A stretch of DNA of 58,208 nucleotides from Alphaproteobacteria bacterium. Lineage in GTDB: Bacteria > Pseudomonadota > Alphaproteobacteria > Rickettsiales > UBA3002. Position 1 is the stretch's first letter. Each line of letters starts with the position of its first letter. Location of the stretch: the NCBI GenBank assembly GCA_031402515.1, contig JANNSK010000093.1:1-58208 (forward strand), in the 5' to 3' direction. The notes beneath the pieces are model-generated. The model was not told the origin of the DNA. It searched no databases and worked only from the letters and a program-made list of their open reading frames with translations. Positions 1 to 9,876 of this stretch are shown in pieces. The position numbers and the translations under genes are program-made.

Positions 1-986
<986 letters not shown>

Positions 987-1292
987 GATTCATGATGATC
1001 GATTGCTCGATCATCGAAATTGATAGACTCACACAAACCATATCAAACATTCCTTGCCGTAAGGACTTACTGGAATGTCGATACTTACTTGCGTTCGTTA
1101 CGACGATGTTTCCATCATCGTAAAAAAATTACTTGCATGTACGCAGATATGGTTTGTGGATAAAATGTTCCGACACACCCACCTGCGCTTAAACGCTCTT
1201 CACGATATCATTCAGCAGAAAGTGCCAATCCGCCGTGGCGGCAGCAACATTCGATCCATCGATGGAGGGCGAACCCGCCATCGGGAGCACGG

Positions 1293-1321
1293 GGTTTAGA
1301 CGTAGCGGCCCCCCCTGTCAA
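1293..1321 (-). promoter_or_regulatory. sigma70 promoter of the rRNA gene
   Basis: TTGACA-17 nt-TAAACC followed by a GC-rich discriminator, about 300 nt upstream of 16S. The leader holds a 13-bp inverted repeat (CACAAACCATATC/GATATGGTTTGTG). Confidence 0.8.
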
Positions 1322-1391
1322 CAGGGAAAAATGACTTTTACGCAGAAACTTCATCCCCCTACACCCCACCCCATCAATGGGGCCACTTTCC

Positions 1392-2987
1392 CTACCGATG
1401 TGGCGGGCGGATGGGTGGGCGGATGGTGCCCTTGGGACGGCTCGCAGGCGTGGTTTTGCCGCCGGAAGATTCCGCTCCATCACCCGCAGGTTTAGTAGTT
1501 TCGGGCGTGGTGTGCGCCACTCTCGATCCCTGCAGCTGCCCGGAAACTTCTTGCTTTCTGGCTTCTTCAAGCGCCCGCGCCATATCCTCTCTCGACAGGT
1601 CGGGCGTGGTGGTGAGGGCCTCAAGTTTTTTTGCCAACGGATCGAATTCCTTTGGTAAGGTGGTGAGTGCGGGCTTCACTTCCGCGGGTTTACTGATAGG
1701 CCGCATCGGAACACCGATGGCGCGCAGCAGTGAAGGCTTCACCTCCACCTCCACCTTGCCGGCAAGTGATGGCAGCAGGCTGCCGGTAAAACTGGCGATG
1801 TCTGTGATTTGTTGTTTACGACCACCCGACCCCATAAGGAAGCCAGCCTCGGCTTTGCGCAGCATACGAATTGAATTGATCGCCTCCGGGAACTGATTAT
1901 GGAAGCGCATGAAATCAATGTTCGATTTTTCAATTTCCGCGACGCTATCGATGAGATTCATGACTGGATTAAAGTTATGATCGCCGCCCTGACGCTCACG
2001 AATTTCCCATAGCTCATGCGGCGTATGGCGCTTAAGCAAGTCGATCTCCGCTGTCATCTCGCGAAGCTGGTCTTCCATATCTTTATCATCAGTGATGAAG
2101 GAGCCTAAATCCAGCGGGCCTCCGCCCTCCTCAAGTTCCGCTTCAAATGCTTGATTAAAGCTATGCAGCAGCGGCGAATCATGTTCCTGCACGACTAGTT
2201 TCACTTCCTGACCCAACCTGCGATCAAGCTCCTCGAACGAGACAATATGATCGTGCTTGGCAACCGCATTACTCAGCATTTGCATCGTGGCAAAAACAAG
2301 CCGTTTGCTGTTGTCGCCGATATCATTCCCGAACAGCTGCCGAATCGATGACCTTTCCGGGCGGCCTTTATCCATATCATCAAGAAGGCCTTCGTAGTTT
2401 GTGCGCATGGTTTCCACCGCATCGACTTCTTTTTTAAGTTCGCGATATCGTTTGGCATCGCCTTGCCGTTCTTTGAGTTCCAGCTCTTTGGCAACCATGT
2501 CATGTTCGAGTGCGCGATATTCCTCTCTCAACGCATCTATTTGTTTTTTTAGCGTCGCGTATTTCGGCGCTAGTTCTTTATTGTTGGGGTGGCCGGAAAC
2601 TTTGCTCCAGTGGCTTAAAAGATGGTCAACATCCATCGGCGTCATTTTTTTGCGGTCGTAACCGGCATTGAGAATCATCTGAGGCTGCAAGCCGCTTATC
2701 TTGCCATGCAACGGATCGATTTGTTTATCGATGAGCTTTAGCCGTGCCTTGGCCGCGCGTATCTCAGCGGCCAGTTTCGGTGCCTCTGTGCCAATATCTC
2801 GCGTGGATTCCTTCATACGAGTGAGCAAAAGCACGCGCTCGATATCGTCGAATGGCCGCAGCGGCGTTAGTTTGCCGTGCTCATCGAAAGCCAGCAACGT
2901 GCTCTCGCCTTTCATCACGCGTGCGGCCTCCTCCCGTATAAATTCGGGATAACCGTCCATGGGTAATGTCGCCGCAAAGCTAGGCAT
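1392..2987 (-). CDS. orphan coiled-coil protein, 531 aa, Pro/Arg-rich C-tail (candidate effector)
   Basis: Long ORF with E/K/L-rich helical segments, no signal peptide, ends SRPKGTIRPPIRPPHR; box 34 nt upstream. Confidence 0.8.
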   Translation of the reverse strand: MPSFAATLPMDGYPEFIREEAARVMKGESTLLAFDEHGKLTPLRPFDDIERVLLLTRMKESTRDIGTEAPKLAAEIRAAKARLKLIDKQIDPLHGKISGLQPQMILNAGYDRKKMTPMDVDHLLSHWSKVSGHPNNKELAPKYATLKKQIDALREEYRALEHDMVAKELELKERQGDAKRYRELKKEVDAVETMRTNYEGLLDDMDKGRPERSSIRQLFGNDIGDNSKRLVFATMQMLSNAVAKHDHIVSFEELDRRLGQEVKLVVQEHDSPLLHSFNQAFEAELEEGGGPLDLGSFITDDKDMEDQLREMTAEIDLLKRHTPHELWEIRERQGGDHNFNPVMNLIDSVAEIEKSNIDFMRFHNQFPEAINSIRMLRKAEAGFLMGSGGRKQQITDIASFTGSLLPSLAGKVEVEVKPSLLRAIGVPMRPISKPAEVKPALTTLPKEFDPLAKKLEALTTTPDLSREDMARALEEARKQEVSGQLQGSRVAHTTPETTKPAGDGAESSGGKTTPASRPKGTIRPPIRPPHR

Positions 2988-3021
2988 ACGGCCCTTCTAA
3001 CAGCCATTTGGGCCGAGAAGT

Positions 3022-3039
3022 ATGACAATTTGATGAAGA
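3022..3039 (-). promoter_or_regulatory. PhoB/OmpR-type direct-repeat box TCTTCAT-CAAA-TTGTCAT
   Basis: 11-bp periodic half-sites, 34 nt before ATG 2987; 3018-3042 is identical to 4330-4354. Confidence 0.75.
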
Positions 3040-3073
3040 TTTTTGGTTAAACAATCGCCAAGCGGTGCTTCGT

Positions 3074-4300
3074 CTACCGATGCGGTGGGAGTTTTGGGGT
3101 AGGACGGTGGGTGCCGCGGGGGCGCGGGGGCTTGGTTTTTGGCACGGCCTCCTCGCCCTTGCCTTCTGGATGCTGCGTCACACCCCCTTCTTTTGCTGCT
3201 GCAGCAGCATCGATGGCAAGAGAATTCACATCGATATCTCGTCCAAGAACGGAGTTCTTTGTATCCCAGTTTCTGAAAACTCCATGATTCTGTGTCTGCT
3301 TGCCCTGCATGTCTTCCAGAACAGGCGTGGATCCCGGCTGTATGCGCAGCACTCGCTCCATTGATTGATGATTCTGATACAATACGAAAGAGTCGTTGGA
3401 ATCCGGTGATTTAAGGCCGACGGAAGTCGCGCCGATAGCACGAGCATAGCCCATGAACTGATCCATATAGCTACGTAAATTACCAGGTTTTGTAAACGAG
3501 ACGAAGCGGGCCACTTCAGGGAATGCAGCGATCATGTCCTCTGCGGTGGCGCCATTCAACGCCAACCGCCCTTCAGCATCCAGTAATTGTTTGAACCCTG
3601 AATCAGTGACAATAGCAATGCCATCGCGCTGGATGGTATTCACTTGCTTACGAATAGCAAACGGATCCCATTGTCCTTCCCCCATTTCCATGAAAACACG
3701 ATGGCCTTTGGGAGAGGGCGGCGGCCCCTTGATTACATCGTTATACGCCATCAATAGATTGCGCGGGAGATCGGATTGCTCGCGCCAGACAGGACCATCC
3801 GGCTTTGCTTTCAAACGCTGCGGCGCTACCGGGCTCATCGCGCCACTAAAGACAACATGAACCTTGGTTTTGTCGATACCGGTATTGGACAGCCCATTTT
3901 CCAGATAACGGGCGTTTTGTGCCATCGTATCCGTACCGTGGACGAAAATCACCCGTGCATATCCCTCCCGCTGAACTTTATCTTCAATCGCCGCCACACT
4001 GTTATTGAGATGATTGGGCGTAACACCCTTGCTGTCTTCCATAGCGATACCAAGGAATTCGACCTTATCACCCAAGCCAAGCTTTTTAAAAAGAGCCGGT
4101 ATGGCTGAGGCTTTTATGATGCGGTCAGACTGGGTAATGGGGCTGACCGCTTCCGGCGGATACAGACGCGGATCGACGATCGTGCCGTCCTTTAGCTGCC
4201 TCGGCAGTGGCACAATGTGAGGGGTGTCTTCGTGTTCCGGCGAATACAGGGAATCGCCTGTGCCACCGGTAATCACAACAAGTATTTTATTTTTCGACAT
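3074..4300 (-). CDS. asparaginase/glutaminase-like N-terminal domain fused to an unknown region and Pro/Arg tail, 408 aa
   Basis: KILVVITGGT, VHGTDTM and VVFSGAM motifs; ends PRPRGTHRPTPKLPPHR. Confidence 0.8.
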   Translation of the reverse strand: MSKNKILVVITGGTGDSLYSPEHEDTPHIVPLPRQLKDGTIVDPRLYPPEAVSPITQSDRIIKASAIPALFKKLGLGDKVEFLGIAMEDSKGVTPNHLNNSVAAIEDKVQREGYARVIFVHGTDTMAQNARYLENGLSNTGIDKTKVHVVFSGAMSPVAPQRLKAKPDGPVWREQSDLPRNLLMAYNDVIKGPPPSPKGHRVFMEMGEGQWDPFAIRKQVNTIQRDGIAIVTDSGFKQLLDAEGRLALNGATAEDMIAAFPEVARFVSFTKPGNLRSYMDQFMGYARAIGATSVGLKSPDSNDSFVLYQNHQSMERVLRIQPGSTPVLEDMQGKQTQNHGVFRNWDTKNSVLGRDIDVNSLAIDAAAAAKEGGVTQHPEGKGEEAVPKTKPPRPRGTHRPTPKLPPHR

Positions 4301-4333
4301 TCTCTTAGCTTAACGCACTGGATTATTAAAAGT

Positions 4334-4351
4334 ATGACAATTTGATGAAGA
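4334..4351 (-). promoter_or_regulatory. PhoB/OmpR-type box TCTTCAT-CAAA-TTGTCAT
   Basis: 33 nt before ATG 4300. Confidence 0.75.
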
Positions 4352-4385
4352 TTTCGCGGGCTCATGATTGAAAACCCACCATTTT

Positions 4386-6035
4386 TTAACGCACTTTGGG
4401 AGGTTTCAGCGGCGGGCGGCCGACCCCGTGCGGGCGGGTGCCGCGTGGGGTGTGGGATTCAATCGGCCCAGCGCCATGCTCAGGGAACGAACGCGGGCGT
4501 ATTTGGTTCCACTCGGCAAGATCCGGCATCGTCGCAATGGTCTCTTTCAGGGTCTCAAAAATTTTTGCTTCATCTGGTGGGCTGCCAAACCGGCGCTCAA
4601 TGGCCTGATTCATGAATACATCCAGCTTCGCTATCGAGGCCGATTCATAGCCCCGCATCAATTCTTCCGTCAATTTCAGATAGCCCTGGTCGCGCAGGCT
4701 TTGGAACGATGGCCAGTCTCGCGTTGCTGCCTGCCGTTTCATGGCAATCGACGATAATTCATTCGCATCCTGCCAGCGATTGCCTTTCATCAACGCATCC
4801 AGACGTTCTGGGATATTCCTGTACAGCAAAGTTTGCTTTGCCGCGTTTACTTCTTTGGAATCCCGCACAGCGCCTGCGGCTTGATAGGCAACTCCCGCAT
4901 CCTGTAATTTCTTGGCGGCATCCATTTGCGCGGCACCCTCCGCTGCCGCACTCAATGTTTCCGACGATAGGCCGGGAGTGCGGATCAAATCGTTCAGCGT
5001 GTCGAGGGATTTGCCGAAATGGCCCATCCGTCCTTTGGCCAGCCAGATACCATGGGTGACACTAAAATCCGGCATGGCGATGATATTTTCGCGAATGATT
5101 CCGAACAACGCATGGCTTGGCGTGGTTTCTGTTTGGCCTTCGTACTCCCACCCCCGCATCATGAGCGGTCTATGTTCAGCAAGGCGTTTGGCGACGAAAT
5201 CAGCGATACGCGTATCGGCGAAATGAGCCCGGGCGTCTTTGTCATCCGGCACCGATTCGTAGCCTTGCATCAAATCATGGATAAGCTGGAAATAGGCGTC
5301 CCGCCGCAGATTTTGAAAATCCGGATAGTGCTTGGCGCCGGAATTGCTATAGGCAACGTGCGAAAGCTCATTCCGTTCATCGAAATCCATCAGGCGGATG
5401 AGTTTATCTTCAAACATACGCCGCCATGCATCAACGCGGATGCTGTCGTTGAACCTGACCTGTGTTCGCGCCTCGGTCCGCACCGCATCCACCCGGTACT
5501 CCGCCGGATTCACAAACGGCTCTTTTGGTAGTGCGGATACGGTTTTTCTTACCGGCGCATCATCATCCGGATGGCTATGCGGAATGGCTGAGGGCCATGC
5601 ACGCCAACTGGCATCATGGGCCATCCATTGTGCCTTGCTCATCCGCCCGCCGCCGCTTTGCAACCCATCATGGACGTTTTTCTGCCAAAGCCGCGCACGC
5701 CCAACGTAAGCCTGCCATTCACTATTCAACTCCAGATAAGCAAGATATTTGGTGAATTTTGTATAATTGGGCCCGAAATCAGGGAAAATCCTTCCCGCTT
5801 CCATATCCTCGATCCATCCTCTGGTGATACCATCCAAGGGCGGGTTGGTTGGCGCATCCAAGGCTACCCGAATGGATTTCATCAATGCCCCGAAACGTCC
5901 GTCGAGTGGTTGATCCGCAATGATACCGTGGTTTGTCTGCCAGCGCGTTTTCGCCGCTGCATCGACATCCGGCAAAGGCGCCCTGCTTCTGCTTGCAGCA
6001 CTGCGATTGTTGATTGGTTTTGATTCTTCGCTCAT
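4386..6035 (-). CDS. orphan protein, 549 aa, with internal duplication and Pro/Arg tail
   Basis: NELS..PxFQxLR..YxxLxxxLMxGYES..IxxMPD occurs twice; ends TRPHGVGRPPLKPPKVR. Confidence 0.8.
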   Translation of the reverse strand: MSEESKPINNRSAASRSRAPLPDVDAAAKTRWQTNHGIIADQPLDGRFGALMKSIRVALDAPTNPPLDGITRGWIEDMEAGRIFPDFGPNYTKFTKYLAYLELNSEWQAYVGRARLWQKNVHDGLQSGGGRMSKAQWMAHDASWRAWPSAIPHSHPDDDAPVRKTVSALPKEPFVNPAEYRVDAVRTEARTQVRFNDSIRVDAWRRMFEDKLIRLMDFDERNELSHVAYSNSGAKHYPDFQNLRRDAYFQLIHDLMQGYESVPDDKDARAHFADTRIADFVAKRLAEHRPLMMRGWEYEGQTETTPSHALFGIIRENIIAMPDFSVTHGIWLAKGRMGHFGKSLDTLNDLIRTPGLSSETLSAAAEGAAQMDAAKKLQDAGVAYQAAGAVRDSKEVNAAKQTLLYRNIPERLDALMKGNRWQDANELSSIAMKRQAATRDWPSFQSLRDQGYLKLTEELMRGYESASIAKLDVFMNQAIERRFGSPPDEAKIFETLKETIATMPDLAEWNQIRPRSFPEHGAGPIESHTPRGTRPHGVGRPPLKPPKVR

Positions 6036-6069
6036 ATCCTATTCTTACTCGCCCCTTACACCGCTGTGT

Positions 6070-6087
6070 GTGACAATTTCATGACAA
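6070..6087 (-). promoter_or_regulatory. PhoB/OmpR-type box TTGTCAT-GAAA-TTGTCAC
   Basis: 34 nt before ATG 6035; possible third in-phase half-site at 6092. Confidence 0.75.
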
Positions 6088-6092
6088 ATGAG

Positions 6093-7556
6093 TTAACGGT
6101 GGGCACCGCCACGTATGGCGGTTGGGCGGCCGCGATGGCCATGCGGCCGTTCCGGGAGAGGCGGCTTTTGCTTTTCGGTAGTTTCAGGCAAAGTAGCGCC
6201 ATGCGGGACAACCGTTGCCGGAGCAATGGCTGTCTGGCCATTTCCCAAAGACTCGACCGGATATTTTTGTAAAGAGTCCAAAGTTGGGGTCAGAGAAAGA
6301 TCGCGTTTGGGCCATGGCGGAAGTAGCGATTCTGCCATTGCTGCTTTCGCATGCCAGCTATTGGGAGGAAGTTTATCGAATACCGCACGTTCAAAATAGC
6401 TTACTTTTGATGCTCCCTGTTTTATCTCTACGCGGTCGGCAATGCGAGAAAACAAGGCTTCTTCATTTTTGCTCAATGTCCGGTTATCCGGGGGCAGACT
6501 GCTTTCCCTGCTACCCGTATGCGCTACACCCGAAACCTGCAAAGTACCCAAAAAGTTTGCGATACTTATACCATCCCAGTATTCCCGTATGGCGTGGATG
6601 TATTTCATGCGTGTATCGATTGTTTCTACCAGATCCGCCCATAACCGATCCTCTGGGTTTGGCATCCAACGCTCGCCGCGTGCTTCCGTGTGTAGTTTAT
6701 CCAGCATCGCCTTCGCATAGCGTTTGGAAAACATGGCATGACGTGGGCGGACCAATGAACCAGTCTCCTCCCCCGTACGCCGGTAATGAATCATCAGATT
6801 TTCGTAATGCTCGAATTGTTTAGAATCACCGACAAAAATATGCTGCTTAATTTCATGCATTAATTCTATGGCTGGCAGCATATCACCGCTAAATATATGA
6901 CCATTTTTGTAAACGGAACCGGGTGATTTCTTGTAACGAAGTAATGCATAGGTGGTCAGAAATTCAGCGGGGTCCAGTGTTGCGTCACGCCATACCGTGA
7001 GCCTTTTGCGCCCATCTTCTGTTTGTATAAGTCTCCCGTAATCCAGCCCTTCTTGATTTTTCCGCGGAATGACTGTGCTAAGTTTTGTCTGACGATCGCG
7101 ATTTAACTCCAGGCGGCTCAAGCGTGCCTCCAATCCACCATGCGCCTTCAGTAAGGCCTCGCTCCGCACAGCATTGGCTTCCGGTTGATTCGTCCATTCA
7201 CCGGCCGTGTTGTGGAGACCTTCCATCGTCACCCGTTCGCGCGCAAGATCGCGCTCTGTACCACTTTTTGCCTGATCCATGATCGGCCAACTGAAGAGTC
7301 TCATGATCTGTTGATGCTGAAGCTTATCCGGCAATGTCTGACTGGCCGCATCAAACCATGCGGCGGTAGTCTCACGCGAAACACCCAGTTTCTCCGACAA
7401 GACGATGGACGAATGCGGCAATTTGATGGTCCCCGGCTTTTCTTTTGCCGCAATCGCGGCGAGTGGTTTGCTGATGGCATCGATCCAACGCTGTTTGGCG
7501 ATTTCGCGTGGACTTCGTACCACTTTTTTGGTGTTTGCTTCAGGCATAATTGTCAC
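6093..7556 (-). CDS. orphan protein, ~485 aa, possible N-terminal HTH, Pro/Arg/His tail
   Basis: LSEKLGVSRETTAAWF resembles an XRE-type HTH; AAGGAG RBS; 17 nt after the upstream stop (operon); start may be ATG 7547; ends ERPHGHRGRPTAIRGGAHR. Confidence 0.75.
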   Translation of the reverse strand: MTIMPEANTKKVVRSPREIAKQRWIDAISKPLAAIAAKEKPGTIKLPHSSIVLSEKLGVSRETTAAWFDAASQTLPDKLQHQQIMRLFSWPIMDQAKSGTERDLARERVTMEGLHNTAGEWTNQPEANAVRSEALLKAHGGLEARLSRLELNRDRQTKLSTVIPRKNQEGLDYGRLIQTEDGRKRLTVWRDATLDPAEFLTTYALLRYKKSPGSVYKNGHIFSGDMLPAIELMHEIKQHIFVGDSKQFEHYENLMIHYRRTGEETGSLVRPRHAMFSKRYAKAMLDKLHTEARGERWMPNPEDRLWADLVETIDTRMKYIHAIREYWDGISIANFLGTLQVSGVAHTGSRESSLPPDNRTLSKNEEALFSRIADRVEIKQGASKVSYFERAVFDKLPPNSWHAKAAMAESLLPPWPKRDLSLTPTLDSLQKYPVESLGNGQTAIAPATVVPHGATLPETTEKQKPPLPERPHGHRGRPTAIRGGAHR

Positions 7557-7573
7557 GCTCCTTCATCATGTTT

Positions 7574-8923
7574 TTAAGGTCTCAGCACTGGCCGCTGCAT
7601 ACGGCTGGTCGCCGGCCGCCCTTGTGGCGATGTGTGTGTTTGCGGTTTAGCCTCCACGCCATGCGGCTGGGGCGTCGGCAATGGAGTATGGGGTGCAGTT
7701 GATTCCATGGATTCAGAAGATGGCAAGGTAGAAAGAAAACTTGAACCACCGATGGCATCAAGTGCACGATGTTTTTCGAGTGCACGATGCAAGGTTTCAG
7801 TGCGCGCATAATCGTTCAAATCTTTCTGCGCTTTATCGAGCAGTGATTTGTAGTATTCGTAGCTTGGGGTTTTGCGCAACTCCAGTGACTGCATAAAAAG
7901 TATTTTCATGGATTCATTAAGTCTGAGCACTCCAGATTCAATTCCCGCAATGCTTCTCAAGTCGATAGGTTTACCACCCGACATGTCGCTCATTTTTTGT
8001 GCTAATTCACCTTGGGTGTGGATACCCTTAATGCGCCGCAATCCATTAAAAACATAAGCCAATCGTGTATTCGGCGTCTGTTTCTCAAGCCATGCAGGAT
8101 TCAATAACGTGGTGGCGAGCACGTTTTTTTGGTAGGCATCGCCCAGAATAAGGTTTTGTCGAGTCTCTGCTGCGGATGAGTCAAGGCCGGACTTTGGCTT
8201 TGCAGTGCTAGAAAACCCTGCGTTTTCTAAAGATCGCGGCTCTGCATCCGGATACGCGTAATACGCTTTTCGTAGCCATGGTCCATGCGCTTCATAAACT
8301 CCACCACGCTCCGCATTCAGCGCGCTTTCAAGTTCGTTAAACGGTAAACTTGTCGGCTTAATTCTAGATTGAGACTTCTCAATACCAAACACGTATGATC
8401 TGGAACGCCCGTCGTCACCAAGTAATTGACCGACCTCTTTCGCACTCATTCCCTGTGCTTTACGGAGACGCTCAAAATAGCGGCCGAACCATTCTTTTTG
8501 CGGATATTGACTGATTTCAGCCCATAACTTTTCGGGCGGCGGTAGCGGTGGCCGTGTATATTTCCCCGGATTTATTTCCCCATAATGTTCATAAGCCGTC
8601 TGAAATTGTGCTTTATATTGATTAAACGGGCTCTGATCTAAATTAAGCCCACGTACCCAAAGTTTAAATTCATAATTCGTGGGGTTATTGCCGGGCCTGA
8701 ACTTCTCGATCTGACTAACAAATGCCCCCGTTACCCCGAGTACTCTAGCAATATCGGTCTGCGGTAACGGCATGCCCACACGCGTGGAAGGCTGTAATTC
8801 CCGGATTCGTTTTAGCAGATACCCGAATTCTTTCCGCTTATCGCCTTGCGTAAAAGCAGCGACTTCTTTCGCCAGTTCTTCTGGCGCTGGCAGCGGTTTT
8901 GGTGGTGTATATTTTTCAGCCAT
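7574..8923 (-). CDS. triple XRE/Cro-type HTH repeat protein with Pro/Arg tail, 449 aa
   Basis: Three HTH-like units: QTDIARVLGVTGAFVSQIEK; MSAKEVGQLLG..SYVFGIEK; TQGELAQKM..SIAGIESG. Confidence 0.8.
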   Translation of the reverse strand: MAEKYTPPKPLPAPEELAKEVAAFTQGDKRKEFGYLLKRIRELQPSTRVGMPLPQTDIARVLGVTGAFVSQIEKFRPGNNPTNYEFKLWVRGLNLDQSPFNQYKAQFQTAYEHYGEINPGKYTRPPLPPPEKLWAEISQYPQKEWFGRYFERLRKAQGMSAKEVGQLLGDDGRSRSYVFGIEKSQSRIKPTSLPFNELESALNAERGGVYEAHGPWLRKAYYAYPDAEPRSLENAGFSSTAKPKSGLDSSAAETRQNLILGDAYQKNVLATTLLNPAWLEKQTPNTRLAYVFNGLRRIKGIHTQGELAQKMSDMSGGKPIDLRSIAGIESGVLRLNESMKILFMQSLELRKTPSYEYYKSLLDKAQKDLNDYARTETLHRALEKHRALDAIGGSSFLSTLPSSESMESTAPHTPLPTPQPHGVEAKPQTHTSPQGRPATSRMQRPVLRP

Positions 8924-8957
8924 CCCACCTGCATAGCTGAATCTGAAGGCGAGTTGT

Positions 8958-8975
8958 GTGACAGTTTTATGACAA
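8958..8975 (-). promoter_or_regulatory. PhoB/OmpR-type box TTGTCAT-AAAA-CTGTCAC
   Basis: Near-perfect match to the Pho-box consensus CTGTCAT-AWAW-CTGTCAY; 34 nt before ATG 8923. Confidence 0.8.
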
Positions 8976-9015
8976 TTAATATAGGAATTCGCGCATTATT
9001 GCGGCGCAAAATTTA

Positions 9016-9876
9016 CTACTGCGTGCTCTCCGCGGCGAAACTATTCAGGAAAAACAGGCCGCAGGAGGGGCTGGTATAATCCTTGTCATACTTGGCGGTG
9101 GAGGGAACGTTGGTGGTCGAGCAGTTCGCTTGCGCGGTGTTGTTCCAGCCGCGCATATCGCCTAATCCTGGCAACCCATCATCCGCTTTATTATCAAGGC
9201 TATAGGCTTGTTTACCGCTGATAGCCGCCGCAGTCGGGTAGCTGTTGGTCGTGGTGGTGCCGTAAACCAGTACATTGTCGTAATCGCCGTCGAAGCGCGA
9301 AGCGTCAGCACTCAATGTCCCAAAACTATCGAGGAAGAACGTCGTGTTCTTGACCGCGGTGAGCGGGCTGTTGGTGCCGGGTATGGCATAGCGGATGTTA
9401 CCGGTCGCATAGATACCGGTGAATTTCCCTATGACCATTTCGGCAGCGGCAAGCTGTTGCCATGCACGGAAACTCTCAAAGCTCGCCGCTTCGATAAGCC
9501 CGTCGCCATCGCCATTGCAGGTGGTTTTGCCGTCGCTGGCATCCGTCGCAGGAGCGGCGCAGTTCGTGGTGAGGTCGGCATTTCCGTCCGCTTTGCCCCA
9601 GACCCGCACGGCAGTCGAAAAATCGCCAGGCAGTTCACCGTATTTGCTTTTGAACAAGGTCAAAGCGTGGCGATAGCTTGTCGCGTCCGTCAGGATGCCA
9701 CGCACGCGTTGTTCCACAAGCAGGCTTTGGCCCATTAGCACCCCACCCGTCAAAAGGCCGATGATGGTGATGACGACGGCCATCTCGATAAAAGTAAAGC
9801 CTTGAGCCGACAGCCGACAGCCTTTAGCTTTTTTCTTTTTTAGCTGATGGCTGCTAGCTGTTGGCTGCCCACTCAT
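9016..9876 (-). CDS. type IV pilin/pseudopilin-like protein
   Basis: G|FTFIEMAVVITIIGLL prepilin cleavage/methylation motif after a basic leader; Cys pairs. Confidence 0.9.
   Translation of the reverse strand: MSGQPTASSHQLKKKKAKGCRLSAQGFTFIEMAVVITIIGLLTGGVLMGQSLLVEQRVRGILTDATSYRHALTLFKSKYGELPGDFSTAVRVWGKADGNADLTTNCAAPATDASDGKTTCNGDGDGLIEAASFESFRAWQQLAAAEMVIGKFTGIYATGNIRYAIPGTNSPLTAVKNTTFFLDSFGTLSADASRFDGDYDNVLVYGTTTTNSYPTAAAISGKQAYSLDNKADDGLPGLGDMRGWNNTAQANCSTTNVPSTAKYDKDYTSPSCGLFFLNSFAAESTQ

Noticed and set aside
7550-7566. Possible box TTGTCAC..CTTCAT before the 487-aa gene
   Set aside because: Wrong orientation and 10-bp spacing; explained by the RBS and start region.
3018-8975. Recurring upstream motif as CRISPR repeats, attC sites or IS ends
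   Set aside because: Copies are separated by whole genes, are direct half-site repeats at a fixed distance from the ATG, and no cas, integrase or transposase gene is present.
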